Of a stretch of 64,000 nucleotides of DNA, positions 49,158 through 58,529 are shown one piece after another. Position 1 is the first letter of the stretch. The number at the start of each line of letters is the position of its first letter. The translations under genes were made by a program, and so were the position numbers. Source of the stretch: an uncultured Thermoleophilaceae bacterium (GTDB taxonomy: Bacteria > Actinomycetota > Thermoleophilia > Solirubrobacterales > Thermoleophilaceae); contig CAWIUV010000003.1 in the NCBI GenBank assembly GCA_963839405.1, positions 237,445 through 301,444 of the forward strand, read 5' to 3'. The notes below the pieces were generated by a model. It was not told the origin of the DNA. It did not search any database and saw nothing but the letters and a program-made list of their open reading frames with translations.

Positions 49158-49595
49158 AAACGGCGAGCTACTCCGCAGCCCCACGGCTTCGAGGGCCTTC
49201 GCTGGCTCGACGTAGACGCGCAGCCGACGATCCCTTGCCGGCCCGGAGCTGCCCAAACAGGCGACGATCGTCTGCTGTACTTCCGCGCCGCTCTCCCTGC
49301 CCGTGCCGCGAACCTCCACGATGGCGACGACCTGATCGCCGGCGTCAGCATCTCCACGTGGTACGAAGCTGACGAAAGTCCTCGTCCAGACTCGAACACC
49401 TCGCGGGCGGACTGCGCCAGCCCCTCGATAACCGTCGAATGTTCCCCCGAGTTCAGCGATCGGACGCGGTCTGCCGGATTTCGACCTCTGGATCGACGAA
49501 CTCCAGGATCTCAAGGCCTCAGCAACCGTCTCCGGCCTGGCCAGGAATTCTCGTAGAGCCGCGCGCAATGAAGTCTCCACGTTCTCCTGCGACAT
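49149..49595 (-). pseudogene. NTF2/SnoaL-like protein, unit 5 (decayed, about 6 frame switches)
   Basis: MSQENVET.., ARLYEN, DPEVEIRQ, REVFES/LDEDF/VSF/YHVE and GDQVVAIVEVRGTGRESGAEV..EPAKALEAVGLR alternate between frames. Confidence 0.7.
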
Positions 49596-49632
49596 CGCCC
49601 GCGCAGTATCGCGCGTGTTCCTAGTGCCAGGG
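49574..49632 (-). promoter_or_regulatory. Conserved junction module, copy P4 (runs into gloA repeat R4)
   Basis: TCTCCACGTTCTCCTGCGACATCGCCCGCGCAGTATCGCGCGTGTTCCTAGTGCCAGGG. Confidence 0.6.
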
Positions 49633-49691
49633 CTCCCAGCTGTTGCGCACATCCCGACGGCTACCGAATCGAGCTCATCGAGAAGGGCTGA
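49624..49691 (+). repeat. gloA 3'-end repeat, copy R4 (~68 nt)
   Basis: GTGCCAGGGCTCCCAGCTGTTGCGCACATCCCGACGGCTACCGAATCGAGCTCATCGAGAAGGGCTGA. Confidence 0.85.
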
Positions 49692-49740
49692 ACTCGCGCG
49701 AGATTCGCGGAGTTGCCTTACGCTGAACGCAGACGTTCAG

Positions 49741-51027
49741 ATGCGCAAGAAGCGCAGACTCGCACTTCCACTAGTACTGGTCGCACCCATCCTCGTTGCC
49801 GGCCTGTTCGCCCCTGCCGCTGACGCAGCGCGCGGCGAGTGCCTTCCCGGCCAGAAGCAGCCGAAGTGTCAGCTGTCGACGGCGAAGGTCGTGGGCATCA
49901 CCGACGGCGATACCGTCAGGGCGAAGATCAAGCAGGGGTCGAGCTGGTCGAAGCCCACGCAGGTCCGCCTCACCGCCGTGCAGGCGATGGAGCTGACCGC
50001 GTTCGGCCGCAAGTCGGGGCGGCAGGGTGAGTGCCATTCCGTCGAGGCCGCGGAGCGGCTCGAGGAGCTGATCAGGACGAAGACCGTCCGCCTTGCCGCC
50101 CTCAGGAGCGGGGGCCAGCTGCGCGGCATCGCCTTCAAACAGGGAGGCGGCTGGACGGACGTCGGCTCGATTCTGATCCGCGAGGGCCACGCGCTGTGGG
50201 ATCCCCACCCCAGGGAGTGGGCGTGGAACAAGCGCTACGCGAAGCTGGCGGGTCAGGCGGCGAGCCGGGGCGCGCGACTGTGGGACACGGACTCGTGCGG
50301 AGCCGGCCCGGCGCAGGCGAGCGGACTCGAGCTCAAGGTGAAGTGGAACGCCGACGGAGCGGACGGGAGGAACGTGAACGGCGAGTTCGTTCGCATCAGC
50401 AACACCGACTCTTCCGATTCCGTCTCCCTCGCCGGCTGGTGGGTGCGCGACAGCTTCGATCGCCGCTACAAATTCCGCCAAGGGACCACCGTTCCCGCCG
50501 GTGGGTCGATCGAGGTCCACGTGGGGAGGGGACAGAACGACGCGAGCACCTTCTACTGGGGGTTGCGCGGTTCGGTCTTCGAGAACGTCGTCGGCGGCGC
50601 CAAGGGCATAGGCGACGGCGGGTACCTGTTCGACCCGGACGGTGACCCGCGTGCGTGGCAGCTGTACCCCTGCTACGTCGACTGCGCGGAGCCGCTCAAG
50701 GGCAAGGTGGACTTCACCGTGAACAAGACGAGCCCGGAGTCTGCGCAGATCGCGAACAAGTCGAGTGGGCCCATCGACCTGTCGGAGTACGAGGTGGAGA
50801 GCGCGCCCTACTTCTACGAGTTCGCACGCGGCACGGTCCTTCAGGCAGGCGAGGCGATCACGCTCGTCGTCGACCAGAACCCGAACGCGGATACGCAGTT
50901 CGTGAAGGGTTGGGGCTTCAACGGTTCCCTCTTCGCAGACAGGAAGGACGCCGTAACACTGCGGAATCCGCTCGGCGCGCCCGTAGTGTGTGACCGCTGG
51001 GGCGGCGCCCGCTGCCCGCGCGTCTAG
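49741..51027 (+). CDS. Secreted thermonuclease (SNase)-like nuclease with two lamin-tail (LTD) domains
   Basis: Signal MRKKRRLALPLVLVAPILVAGLFAPAADA. SNase block VVGITDGDTVRAKI..VRLTAVQAMEL..ECH..REGHALW. LTD blocks NGEFVRISNTDSSDSVSLAGWWVRDS..GDGGYLFDPDGD, plus a second LTD. Intact. Confidence 0.8.
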   Translation: MRKKRRLALPLVLVAPILVAGLFAPAADAARGECLPGQKQPKCQLSTAKVVGITDGDTVRAKIKQGSSWSKPTQVRLTAVQAMELTAFGRKSGRQGECHSVEAAERLEELIRTKTVRLAALRSGGQLRGIAFKQGGGWTDVGSILIREGHALWDPHPREWAWNKRYAKLAGQAASRGARLWDTDSCGAGPAQASGLELKVKWNADGADGRNVNGEFVRISNTDSSDSVSLAGWWVRDSFDRRYKFRQGTTVPAGGSIEVHVGRGQNDASTFYWGLRGSVFENVVGGAKGIGDGGYLFDPDGDPRAWQLYPCYVDCAEPLKGKVDFTVNKTSPESAQIANKSSGPIDLSEYEVESAPYFYEFARGTVLQAGEAITLVVDQNPNADTQFVKGWGFNGSLFADRKDAVTLRNPLGAPVVCDRWGGARCPRV

Positions 51028-51054
51028 CGCCGTCCCCTAACCTCCGCCGGCCAG

Positions 51055-52029
51055 ATGCGCCGGACGCGCTTCCACGCACTCGCGGGCCTGCTGCTCGCGC
51101 TTCTGCTTCTTGCCCCTACGGCTGAGGCACGGCGCGGTCCCTGCATACCTGGGATCAAGCGGCCGACGTGCTACGTCTGGACCGGCAAGGTGATGCAGGT
51201 CGCGGACGGCGACACCGTCAACGTGCGCGTCAGACAGAACGGGCGCTGGTCGGAGCGGCGCGACGTTCGCATGACCGGGGTTCAGGCGATGGAGCTCACG
51301 AGCTACAGCCGCGTCGGCCGAGGCCGCCGCGGCGCCTGCCACGCGCGCGCCGCCGCCGAGCGGCTCGAGCGGCTGCTCAAGGGCCCGCGCAACAAGCGGC
51401 GCAAGATCCGGCTTGCGGCGCGGCGGCGCGACAGCATGACGCAGGGCCCGCGCGGCCGCCTGCGGCGCGCGATCGCGTTCCGCCAGGACGGGCGGTGGCA
51501 CGACGCCGGCGCGGTCCTCATGCGCGAGGGCCACGGCCTCTGGGACCCGAACCGCAAGGAGTGGGCGTGGAACAAGCGCTACTCGAAGCTCGCCCAGCTC
51601 GCATCGCTTGCCGGCCGGCGGATCTGGAACACGAGCGCCTGCCGCACGGGGCCGCGCCAAGCCGCGCCGCTCACCGTCAGGGTCAGGTGGGATGCCAAGG
51701 GCTCTGACGGCGCCCATCCGAACGGCGAGTGGATCCGGATCAAGAACGGCGACCCCGTCAATCCGGTCGGGCTACGTGGATGGTGGGTCCGTGACTCGGC
51801 GCTGCGCCGGTACAGGTTCCGCCGAGGCGCGGTCATCCCGCCGGGCAGGTCGATTCGCGTGCGCATCGGTCCCGGCCGCGACAGGCCAAGGACGTTCCAC
51901 TGGGGACTGCCCGATCCGATCTTCGAGAACGTGAAACGACGCCGCGGCATCGGCGACGGCGGATATCTGTTCGACCGGCACGGGGACCTGCGCGCGTGGC
52001 GCATGTACCCGTGCCGGGTCTTCTGTTAG
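51055..52029 (+). CDS. Secreted thermonuclease (SNase)-like nuclease with one LTD domain (paralogue of the previous gene)
   Basis: Signal MRRTRFHALAGLLLALLLLAPTAEA. VMQVADGDTVNVRV..VRMTGVQAMEL..REGHGLW. NGEWIRIKNGDPVNPVGLRGWWVRDS..GDGGYLFDRHGD. Intact. Confidence 0.8.
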   Translation: MRRTRFHALAGLLLALLLLAPTAEARRGPCIPGIKRPTCYVWTGKVMQVADGDTVNVRVRQNGRWSERRDVRMTGVQAMELTSYSRVGRGRRGACHARAAAERLERLLKGPRNKRRKIRLAARRRDSMTQGPRGRLRRAIAFRQDGRWHDAGAVLMREGHGLWDPNRKEWAWNKRYSKLAQLASLAGRRIWNTSACRTGPRQAAPLTVRVRWDAKGSDGAHPNGEWIRIKNGDPVNPVGLRGWWVRDSALRRYRFRRGAVIPPGRSIRVRIGPGRDRPRTFHWGLPDPIFENVKRRRGIGDGGYLFDRHGDLRAWRMYPCRVFC

Positions 52030-55000
52030 CGGCGGCGGATTGCCAGTCCGTCGAACGACACGACACCGCGCAGCACTCGCAGCCTGAACCGCAGTGAGCG
52101 CTTGTCGGTGCGGTTGATGACCGCGACGACGCGCCGGTGGCGCACGCGCTTCGAGCGGAACGAGACGACTCGCCGCTCGCCGCCGCGAGCGCGGACGACC
52201 GCCTTGCCGCCGTTCGGCCCGGTGCGGCCGACCAGGTACACGCGGCCGCCGCCACGCGTCCTGAAGCGAAGCGTCGCGCCGCGTTCCGAGGTCTGCGTGT
52301 AGCCGCCACGCCACGCGCGCCGGCTCGTGACTCGCGTCCAGGCCGACGAGTACTGGCGCTTCTTGCCGCGGTCGTCGTACGGGAACACGATGCGCGCGTA
52401 CTGCCAGTCGCTCGTGATGCCGCTCTTGCCGACCGCACGGATGCGCAGCAGATACGTCTCGCCGATCTTGCCCCGCTTGAACCTGATACTTCTTCACGCT
52501 CGGGCTCATCCGCGGCCGGAGATGCGTGAACGTCCGGTTCGTCCCGCGGCCGGTGCGCCGGTACTGGAGCTGCAGGTAGTCGATCTGGTTCCTCCCGTTC
52601 GCACGGATGCGAACCGGGACCCTGCGCCCGTTCCGCGTGCTCGTGCTCGCGAGCAGCGGCGTCTTCAGGCTCGCACCGAAGCCGACGTTCACCGGGCCGG
52701 GCGGAGCGGGCTCGTTCGGCAGCGCCGGGCGCGACTTGCGCTCGTATTGGCAGTCGACGAGGTTGCAGAACAGGATGTAGCCCGTGTAGGTGACCGCGTA
52801 CGGCTCTAGGCCGAGCGGGTGGTCGTACTCGTCGCTCGGCTGCGGTAGAAGCGCGCCGAGGATCCGGATCTTGCCCTGGCCGACGGCGAGTTCGCCGAGC
52901 GTCGACCGCTCCGGAACGGCCGCCGCGTCGCGCGCGCCGGAGTTCGCTGAGCCGCCGACTGCACGGCCGCCGGCCCCCGTCCACGTCAGGCTGTGTGATG
53001 TCGAACTGGCGCGCGAATGACGCATCGCCGCCGTCGGCGCCCTGGATCGCAAAGCCAATCGGGGTCGATTCGTACGTCTGGCGTCTCATCCCCGTGTTGA
53101 AACGTGAGCCGAGCTGGTCCACGTTCTTCGCGAGCGGATCGTCGAGCGTCTCCTTCGTCTCGCACGTGCCGTCGTCGTTGAACGTGTCGCAAACCTGGAA
53201 CGACGTTTGCCCGACGTAGACGACGCGCTCGTTGATCGCGCTGCCGGGGACGCTCGTCAGCTCTGCCACCGCCTTCAGTGCCCCGTCGGTGAGCACGAGG
53301 TTTCCGCCGCCCTCGACCCAGCTGCGCAGCTTGCGCCATCCACGCGTCCTTCTGCTCGACGGTGTACGTGCTCGCGGGCGGCGGCGGCTCGGGCTCGAAG
53401 GTCACCGTCCCTGTAAACGGGTCGGCGGCCGCGGCCGCGACGCAGTTGATCGCGACGATGACGTACTCGCCCGGGCGGGGGAGCTGGATCTGGAGCGTCT
53501 CTACGGTGCCCGGCGGGTTCGAGTCGGTGGAGCCCGCCAGCTCGCGCTTGCCGCCCTCGACGCGGAAAACGGCCAGCGCCCAGTCGTTGGTCGGCTGAGA
53601 CCACTCGATCGTCGCAGTGAACGACCGGTTGAGCTCGTTCGGCCCGATCGTGAATGTGTGCTCGTCGGTGGCCTCGGCATTCGTGGCGGCCGGCGTGCAG
53701 CCGTCCGCCGTCTGCCCAGGCGTGGTCGGCTCATCGTTCGGGAACGTGAAGTCGGCGGTGGGGCCACCGGTGGGCGCGGCCTGGCCCTTGTACGCGCCGG
53801 TGTAGCCGGGCAGCGCCTCATCGGCCAGGACGATCGTCCGGAACGAGTCGAGCGACTGCTCGCCGGAGATGACCTTCGCCGGATCGATCGGGTCGAACTC
53901 GTCGTTCGCCGCCTGGGCGTCGCCGTTCAGGTCCCTGAAGAAGTCCGTGTTCGCCACGTCGTAGCCGGCGAGGAATGGCGGCTCATCGCCACCCGTTGCG
54001 CCGTCGGCGGTCGCCGGGTCGGAGGTGAAGTCGACGCTGAAGGACGGAATTCCACCCTCAGCGCTCACGACCGCGCGCCACTGGATCTGGTCATCGCCGA
54101 GGCGGCTCTTGGGCCGGTTGACCGCCGCCGTCAGGCCGGCCTGCGCGTAGCCGAGTCCCTGGTTGTAGTCCTCCGCGACCGTGATCCAGTCGTCGTCCTG
54201 CACGACGCCGACGTGGTCGTCGCAGTTCCTGCACTGGACCTCCAGCGTGGCGATGCCGCTGCCGATGCCCTGGACGTTGGACGCGGTGACATCCACCCGC
54301 ATGCCGCCGTTGAAGGTGTCGGCGTCGCGCTCGACCTCGAACTCGAAGACGCTTCCTTCGGGTCCAGGCGTCCCTGGCGTGGACGGGATGTCGTCCTGCG
54401 CCGTCGTTCCGGGCGGCGGACCGGGCTGGACCTGCGACTCCGTGCGGGACAGGCGGGTGTTCGGCACGTAGCCGCTCTTCACCGGGGACCGAGTAGGCCG
54501 TTCCGGGCGGACGCAGGATGTCGGCGATGTGCGAATAGATGATCGCCTTGTTGCCCGCGACGTGCAGCTGCTCGCCGTGGGGCTCGAAGGCGATGTTGCG
54601 GTCGAGGTGCGAGAACGACATCTCGTTGTCGATCCCGTCCGCGCCCAGGCCGAGGCGCGAGTCGAACCAGCTGCCGACGTCGCCCGTGGTCGTGTAGTTG
54701 ATCGTGTCGTAGACGGAGCCCCACGTCTGCGCGTAGATGGCGTCGCAAGTGGCGCCGAGGGTGTCCTCGCAGACCGTGGCCTCCTGGTCGTTCTCGATGA
54801 TGTACGGCGACCACTTCGTCGCTTCGTACTGCGCACGGTTGATCAGCTTCGACGCCTCGCGGATCCGGTAGTCCTTGTCGATGTCGTGCCGTCCGTGCGG
54901 CATGAGCGTGTACGAGAGCGCGTCCGCGAACGGCTGTCCGTGAAGGTCGTCGCCGGCCGCGAACTGTCCGCCGCGCTCCTCGACCTGGCGGTAGAAGTTC

Positions 55001-55836
55001 ATGAACGCGCGCGTCTCGGGCTCGGAGGCTCCGCTGTAGGGGCGGAACGTGTAGCCGATGTCCGGCCAGTCGCGGTTCGGGTCGATCCCGTTGCCGTTGT
55101 AGCGCTGGAAGAAGACCCCGGGGCCCTTCTCCGTGTCGCCGACCGACCCTCGCCGCCAGCCGTCCGGGTTCGGGAGCGTGAAGTAGACGATCGTGTTCGC
55201 GAGCGCCGCCTGCCACGAGGGTGCGTTCTCGCGCACCTCCTTCGGGAGGATCGGATCCTCGCCGCGTCCCTCCGCGGCCGCGGTGACCATCTCCTCCATC
55301 GCACGGATCCCGCCCTCCGCGCCGGCGCGTTCGATGCCGTGGATCGAAAGTGAGAGCGCGTACCGCTTCTTGTCTGCATCCGGGACGTTCTCATCAGTCA
55401 CGCGGATGACGATCAGGTCTGACTTCTGTCGCCCGAGGTCCGTGGTTGGCAGCCCTGCGGACTGGTACTCCTCCTTGGGAGTCCACTCGAGCTTCGACAG
55501 GTTGTTGCCGGGCCACATGGCGTTGCCCGCCTCTGTGCCGCTTCCTTCGCCCTTCTTGCCGTCGAGCGGCAGCACCTCCATGTAGCGCCGCCAGTCCTCG
55601 TTCTGGTTCATGAACGTGATGGCGTCGTTGAACTCCTGCCACTGGATGTGGTTCGTGGCGTTGGTGCGCCCTCGCGAGGCCGGGTCGCAGTTCTGCTGGC
55701 AGACGGCGAGCGGATCGGGGAACACGGCGCCGTAGGCCTGGTACTGCGGCATCGACGTGGCGACCGGCCCGGCGGCTGCCGACGCCGGAACGATCAGCAG
55801 GACAGACGCAGCCAGGACGGCGAAAGTCAGACGCAA
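52026..55836 (-). pseudogene. Large secreted M14-family zinc carboxypeptidase-like protein (~1270 aa) with C-terminal beta-rich domains, four frame switches
   Basis: Signal MRLTFAVLAASVLLIVPASAAAG. HxxE block SLSIHGIERAGAEG. NGIDPNRDWP. Pieces are ORFs 54091..55836, 52986..54836, 51833..53296, 51772..53058 and 52026..52388. Junctions near 54480, 53320, 52985 and 52490. Confidence 0.75.
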
Positions 55837-55946
55837 GGCAGCAACCCCCAGTTACCCCAAACCAGTTTTTCGAGAGCGCGATGGTAAAGGTCGAGGCGCC
55901 AAGACGCCTCAATTCCCCTTCACGCAGCGTCGCTAGGATCGCCGCC

Positions 55947-57440
55947 ATGCTCTCTCCCAGGCTCTCCCATGCAGTCCCTGCCCTCGTCGCCGCGGCCGCG
56001 ATCGCATTCGCCGGCTGCGGTGGGGACGACGACGCGGCCTCGCCGCTCGACGAGGCCCTCGGCTACCTGTCGGAGGACGCCGGCTTCGCCCTGGTCGCGT
56101 CCACGGACCTCCAGGACTACGACGACCTGCGCGAGATCCTCGACAAGTTCCCGTTCGCGGGCCGCGCCGAGGATCTGTTGAAGCAGAGCATCTCCCAGGC
56201 GGGATTCGACTTCGAGGAGGACGTGCAGCCGCTGCTCGGCAACGAGGTCGTCATCGGGACCGACGAGAACGCCAGCTTCATCGACAGCGGGTCGGATACC
56301 CCGTTCGTCATGGCGATCGAGACCGAGGACGCCGGCAAGCTCGAGGACCTCATGACCGAGGACGCCCGCGACGCGGGCGAGAGCGAGGGTTACGACGTCT
56401 TCCAGGGCCAGGAGGAGGACACCTGGTTCGCCCTCAAGGACGAGGTGCTCGTGCTGTCGGACAGCGAGGAGACGCTGAAGGACGCCCTGGCCCAGCGCGG
56501 CGAGGACGACCGGCTCACCGAGGACGACCTGGACGCGGCCTTCGAGGATCTCCCCGAGGACGCGCCGATCAAGGCGTACGCCAACGTCAAGGAATTGCTC
56601 GCCGCTTCGCCGGATTCGGAGAAGGCGCTCGAGGTCGAGTGGGTCGACCACATCGAGACGTTCGGGCTGAGCGCCGACGCCACCGATGACGGCGTCGCGC
56701 TCGACTGGTCCGTGCGCACCGATCCCGAGGGACTGGCCGATGAGGACCTTCCGCTTGCGAGCGGCAGCGAGGCGCCGCAGCTGCTCGAGCGTGACGAGGG
56801 CAGCGCCGAGATCGTGCTCGGGTTGCGCGACCCGGCGCAGATCGTGAACTTCGCGCTCGCCACGGCCGAGGTCGTCGATCCCGCGGGCTTCGCCGAGGTC
56901 GAGAGCGCGAAGCAACAGGCCGGGCGGCGGCTCGGCGTCGACATCGACCAGGACGTGATCGCCCAGCTCACCGGCGACGTGTCGGCCGTGGTCTCGATCG
57001 ATGGCAAGTTCGGCGTGCGGGCGGAGCTCGACGACGCGGCTGCCTTCGAGCGCACGCTGGCGAAGATCATGGACGGGCTGCCCGAGTTCTCGGACGACGT
57101 CACGATCGCCAAGGCGGGTGGGCGCTACTACACCCTCTCCACGGAGGACGGTAAGCGCTACGCGCTCGGCGTTGCCGAGGAAGCGCTCATCGTGGCCAGC
57201 GACCTGCCGACCGCCACGCAGGTGGCCAGCAGGCCGGTCGTCGATGCCGAGGGCCAGGAGGGCGCCTTCGTCGCGTCCGCCGATGCCGAGCAGCTCGCGA
57301 ACGCCGTGCTCGGCATGGCTGCCGGCGGGCTCCAGGGACTCGGCGGCAGCCTCTTCACGGGGCCGCTCGGCGACCTGCTTACGTCGGCTAGCGCCTCGAC
57401 CGACGGCCTGACCGGCCGGCTGGAACTGAAGATCGAATAG
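55947..57440 (+). CDS. Acidic lipoprotein (resembles the DUF3352 family), intact
   Basis: Lipobox AIAFAGC after MLSPRLSHAVPALVAAAA. TAGGAT lies 7 nt before the ATG. The family assignment is tentative. Confidence 0.55.
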   Translation: MLSPRLSHAVPALVAAAAIAFAGCGGDDDAASPLDEALGYLSEDAGFALVASTDLQDYDDLREILDKFPFAGRAEDLLKQSISQAGFDFEEDVQPLLGNEVVIGTDENASFIDSGSDTPFVMAIETEDAGKLEDLMTEDARDAGESEGYDVFQGQEEDTWFALKDEVLVLSDSEETLKDALAQRGEDDRLTEDDLDAAFEDLPEDAPIKAYANVKELLAASPDSEKALEVEWVDHIETFGLSADATDDGVALDWSVRTDPEGLADEDLPLASGSEAPQLLERDEGSAEIVLGLRDPAQIVNFALATAEVVDPAGFAEVESAKQQAGRRLGVDIDQDVIAQLTGDVSAVVSIDGKFGVRAELDDAAAFERTLAKIMDGLPEFSDDVTIAKAGGRYYTLSTEDGKRYALGVAEEALIVASDLPTATQVASRPVVDAEGQEGAFVASADAEQLANAVLGMAAGGLQGLGGSLFTGPLGDLLTSASASTDGLTGRLELKIE

Positions 57441-57459
57441 CTGCTGAGGCGGCCGCTGG

Positions 57460-58443
57460 CTAGGACCAGCGGTCCCAGCGGCGGAGTGACGGGAACGGGT
57501 CGATCGGCTCGCCGCCGCCGTACCACGCTCCCTTCCAGATCTCGAAGTGGAGGTGGGCGCCGAAGGACGCGCCGGTGTTGCCGACGCTGCCGATCCACTG
57601 ACCGGTCTTGACGCGCTGCCCCTCGTGCACGCGGACCGAGCCGGTCAGCATGTGCATGTAGACGTAGTCGCGGTTCTGGCCTGCGCCGTCGATCACCACG
57701 TAGTGGCCGGCGCCGGCAGCTTGATAGGCGACGGTCTTGACGATTCCACCGCGGGCCGCGCGGATCTGCGTCCCCTCGGGGGCGCTGATGTCCTGGCCCT
57801 GGTGGCTGTGGCCGCTGCGCGGGGCGCCGAAGCGCGAGCCCGGATCGCCGTAGGGGAAGTTGCCCTTCAGCGGGAAGCGGTAGGGGAAGACGCCGATCTC
57901 GTCGACCGCGCTTGTGTGGGCGCTCCGGACGAGTGAGTTGCCGGCGCCGTCCCGGGCGCGGACGCGGACCTGGTAGCGGCCCGCGGGCAGCGCACCTCCC
58001 TCGCGGCCGGTGAAGCGGTAGCTGTGCGCGACGCCCGTGGCCTGGTCGCCGAGCTCGATGATGCGAACCCGCTCGCCGGTCGTGACGGACACGACGACGA
58101 GCCGGACCGACACCGTGTCGGCGCGGTCGTTGATCTGAAAGCTGACCGAGGCGGCCTTGCCGTAGAGATACAGGCGCGGAGAGCCGACGCCGAACGTGGT
58201 GAGGAGGGGATGGCCGCCGCTCCCGGTGGCCTGCGGCGTGTTGTCCGCCCTTGGCTGCGGCTTGGGCTTCTGGATCGAGGTCGCCGGGTTGCGGTCGACC
58301 GCCTGGTCAGGCGCTCCCAGCTCGCCGTAGCCGGCGCCGCCGTAGGCGGGGGCCTCAGCCGTGCCATCGGCCGCCGACGCGGTGGGGACGGCGACCAGCA
58401 GCAGTGAAAGGACTAGGAAGTTTTGGAAGGTTCGGCGGAACAC
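57460..58443 (-). CDS. Secreted M23-family metallopeptidase
   Basis: Signal peptide. Catalytic blocks HQGQDISAP (HxxxD) and GAHLHFEIW (HxH). GGGAGG precedes the GTG start. Confidence 0.88.
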   Translation of the reverse strand: MFRRTFQNFLVLSLLLVAVPTASAADGTAEAPAYGGAGYGELGAPDQAVDRNPATSIQKPKPQPRADNTPQATGSGGHPLLTTFGVGSPRLYLYGKAASVSFQINDRADTVSVRLVVVSVTTGERVRIIELGDQATGVAHSYRFTGREGGALPAGRYQVRVRARDGAGNSLVRSAHTSAVDEIGVFPYRFPLKGNFPYGDPGSRFGAPRSGHSHQGQDISAPEGTQIRAARGGIVKTVAYQAAGAGHYVVIDGAGQNRDYVYMHMLTGSVRVHEGQRVKTGQWIGSVGNTGASFGAHLHFEIWKGAWYGGGEPIDPFPSLRRWDRWS

Positions 58444-58529
58444 CCTCCCTGCGTCGGCATCCCGGCCGCCAGTCCTCTACGTCTGGCCCGGAGCTAGAAC
58501 GTCTGTCCATACGTTCCCCCTGCAAATAG

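Noticed and set aside
47222-49691. Integron-like gene cassette array (conserved junctions resembling attC, promoter-proximal cassettes).
   Set aside because: No intI-type integrase or attI is present. The junction module has only short imperfect inverted repeats and no clear R/L core pairs. Every unit carries its own promoter-like box, unlike promoterless integron cassettes. It is kept as a cassette-like array of unknown mechanism, not called an integron.
47222-49691. CRISPR array or other short-repeat array in the repeated region.
   Set aside because: The repeat period is about 460-510 bp with gene-sized interiors, not 25-40-nt repeats with spacers. No cas genes are present.
58444-58529. 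Possible c-di-AMP (ydaO-type) riboswitch in front of the M23 cell-wall hydrolase gene.
   Set aside because: Only 86 nt are available between the helicase stop and the GTG start, too short for that riboswitch class. I could not recognise its conserved ACGGGG or CCCG pseudo-symmetric cores, and only small local hairpins are present.
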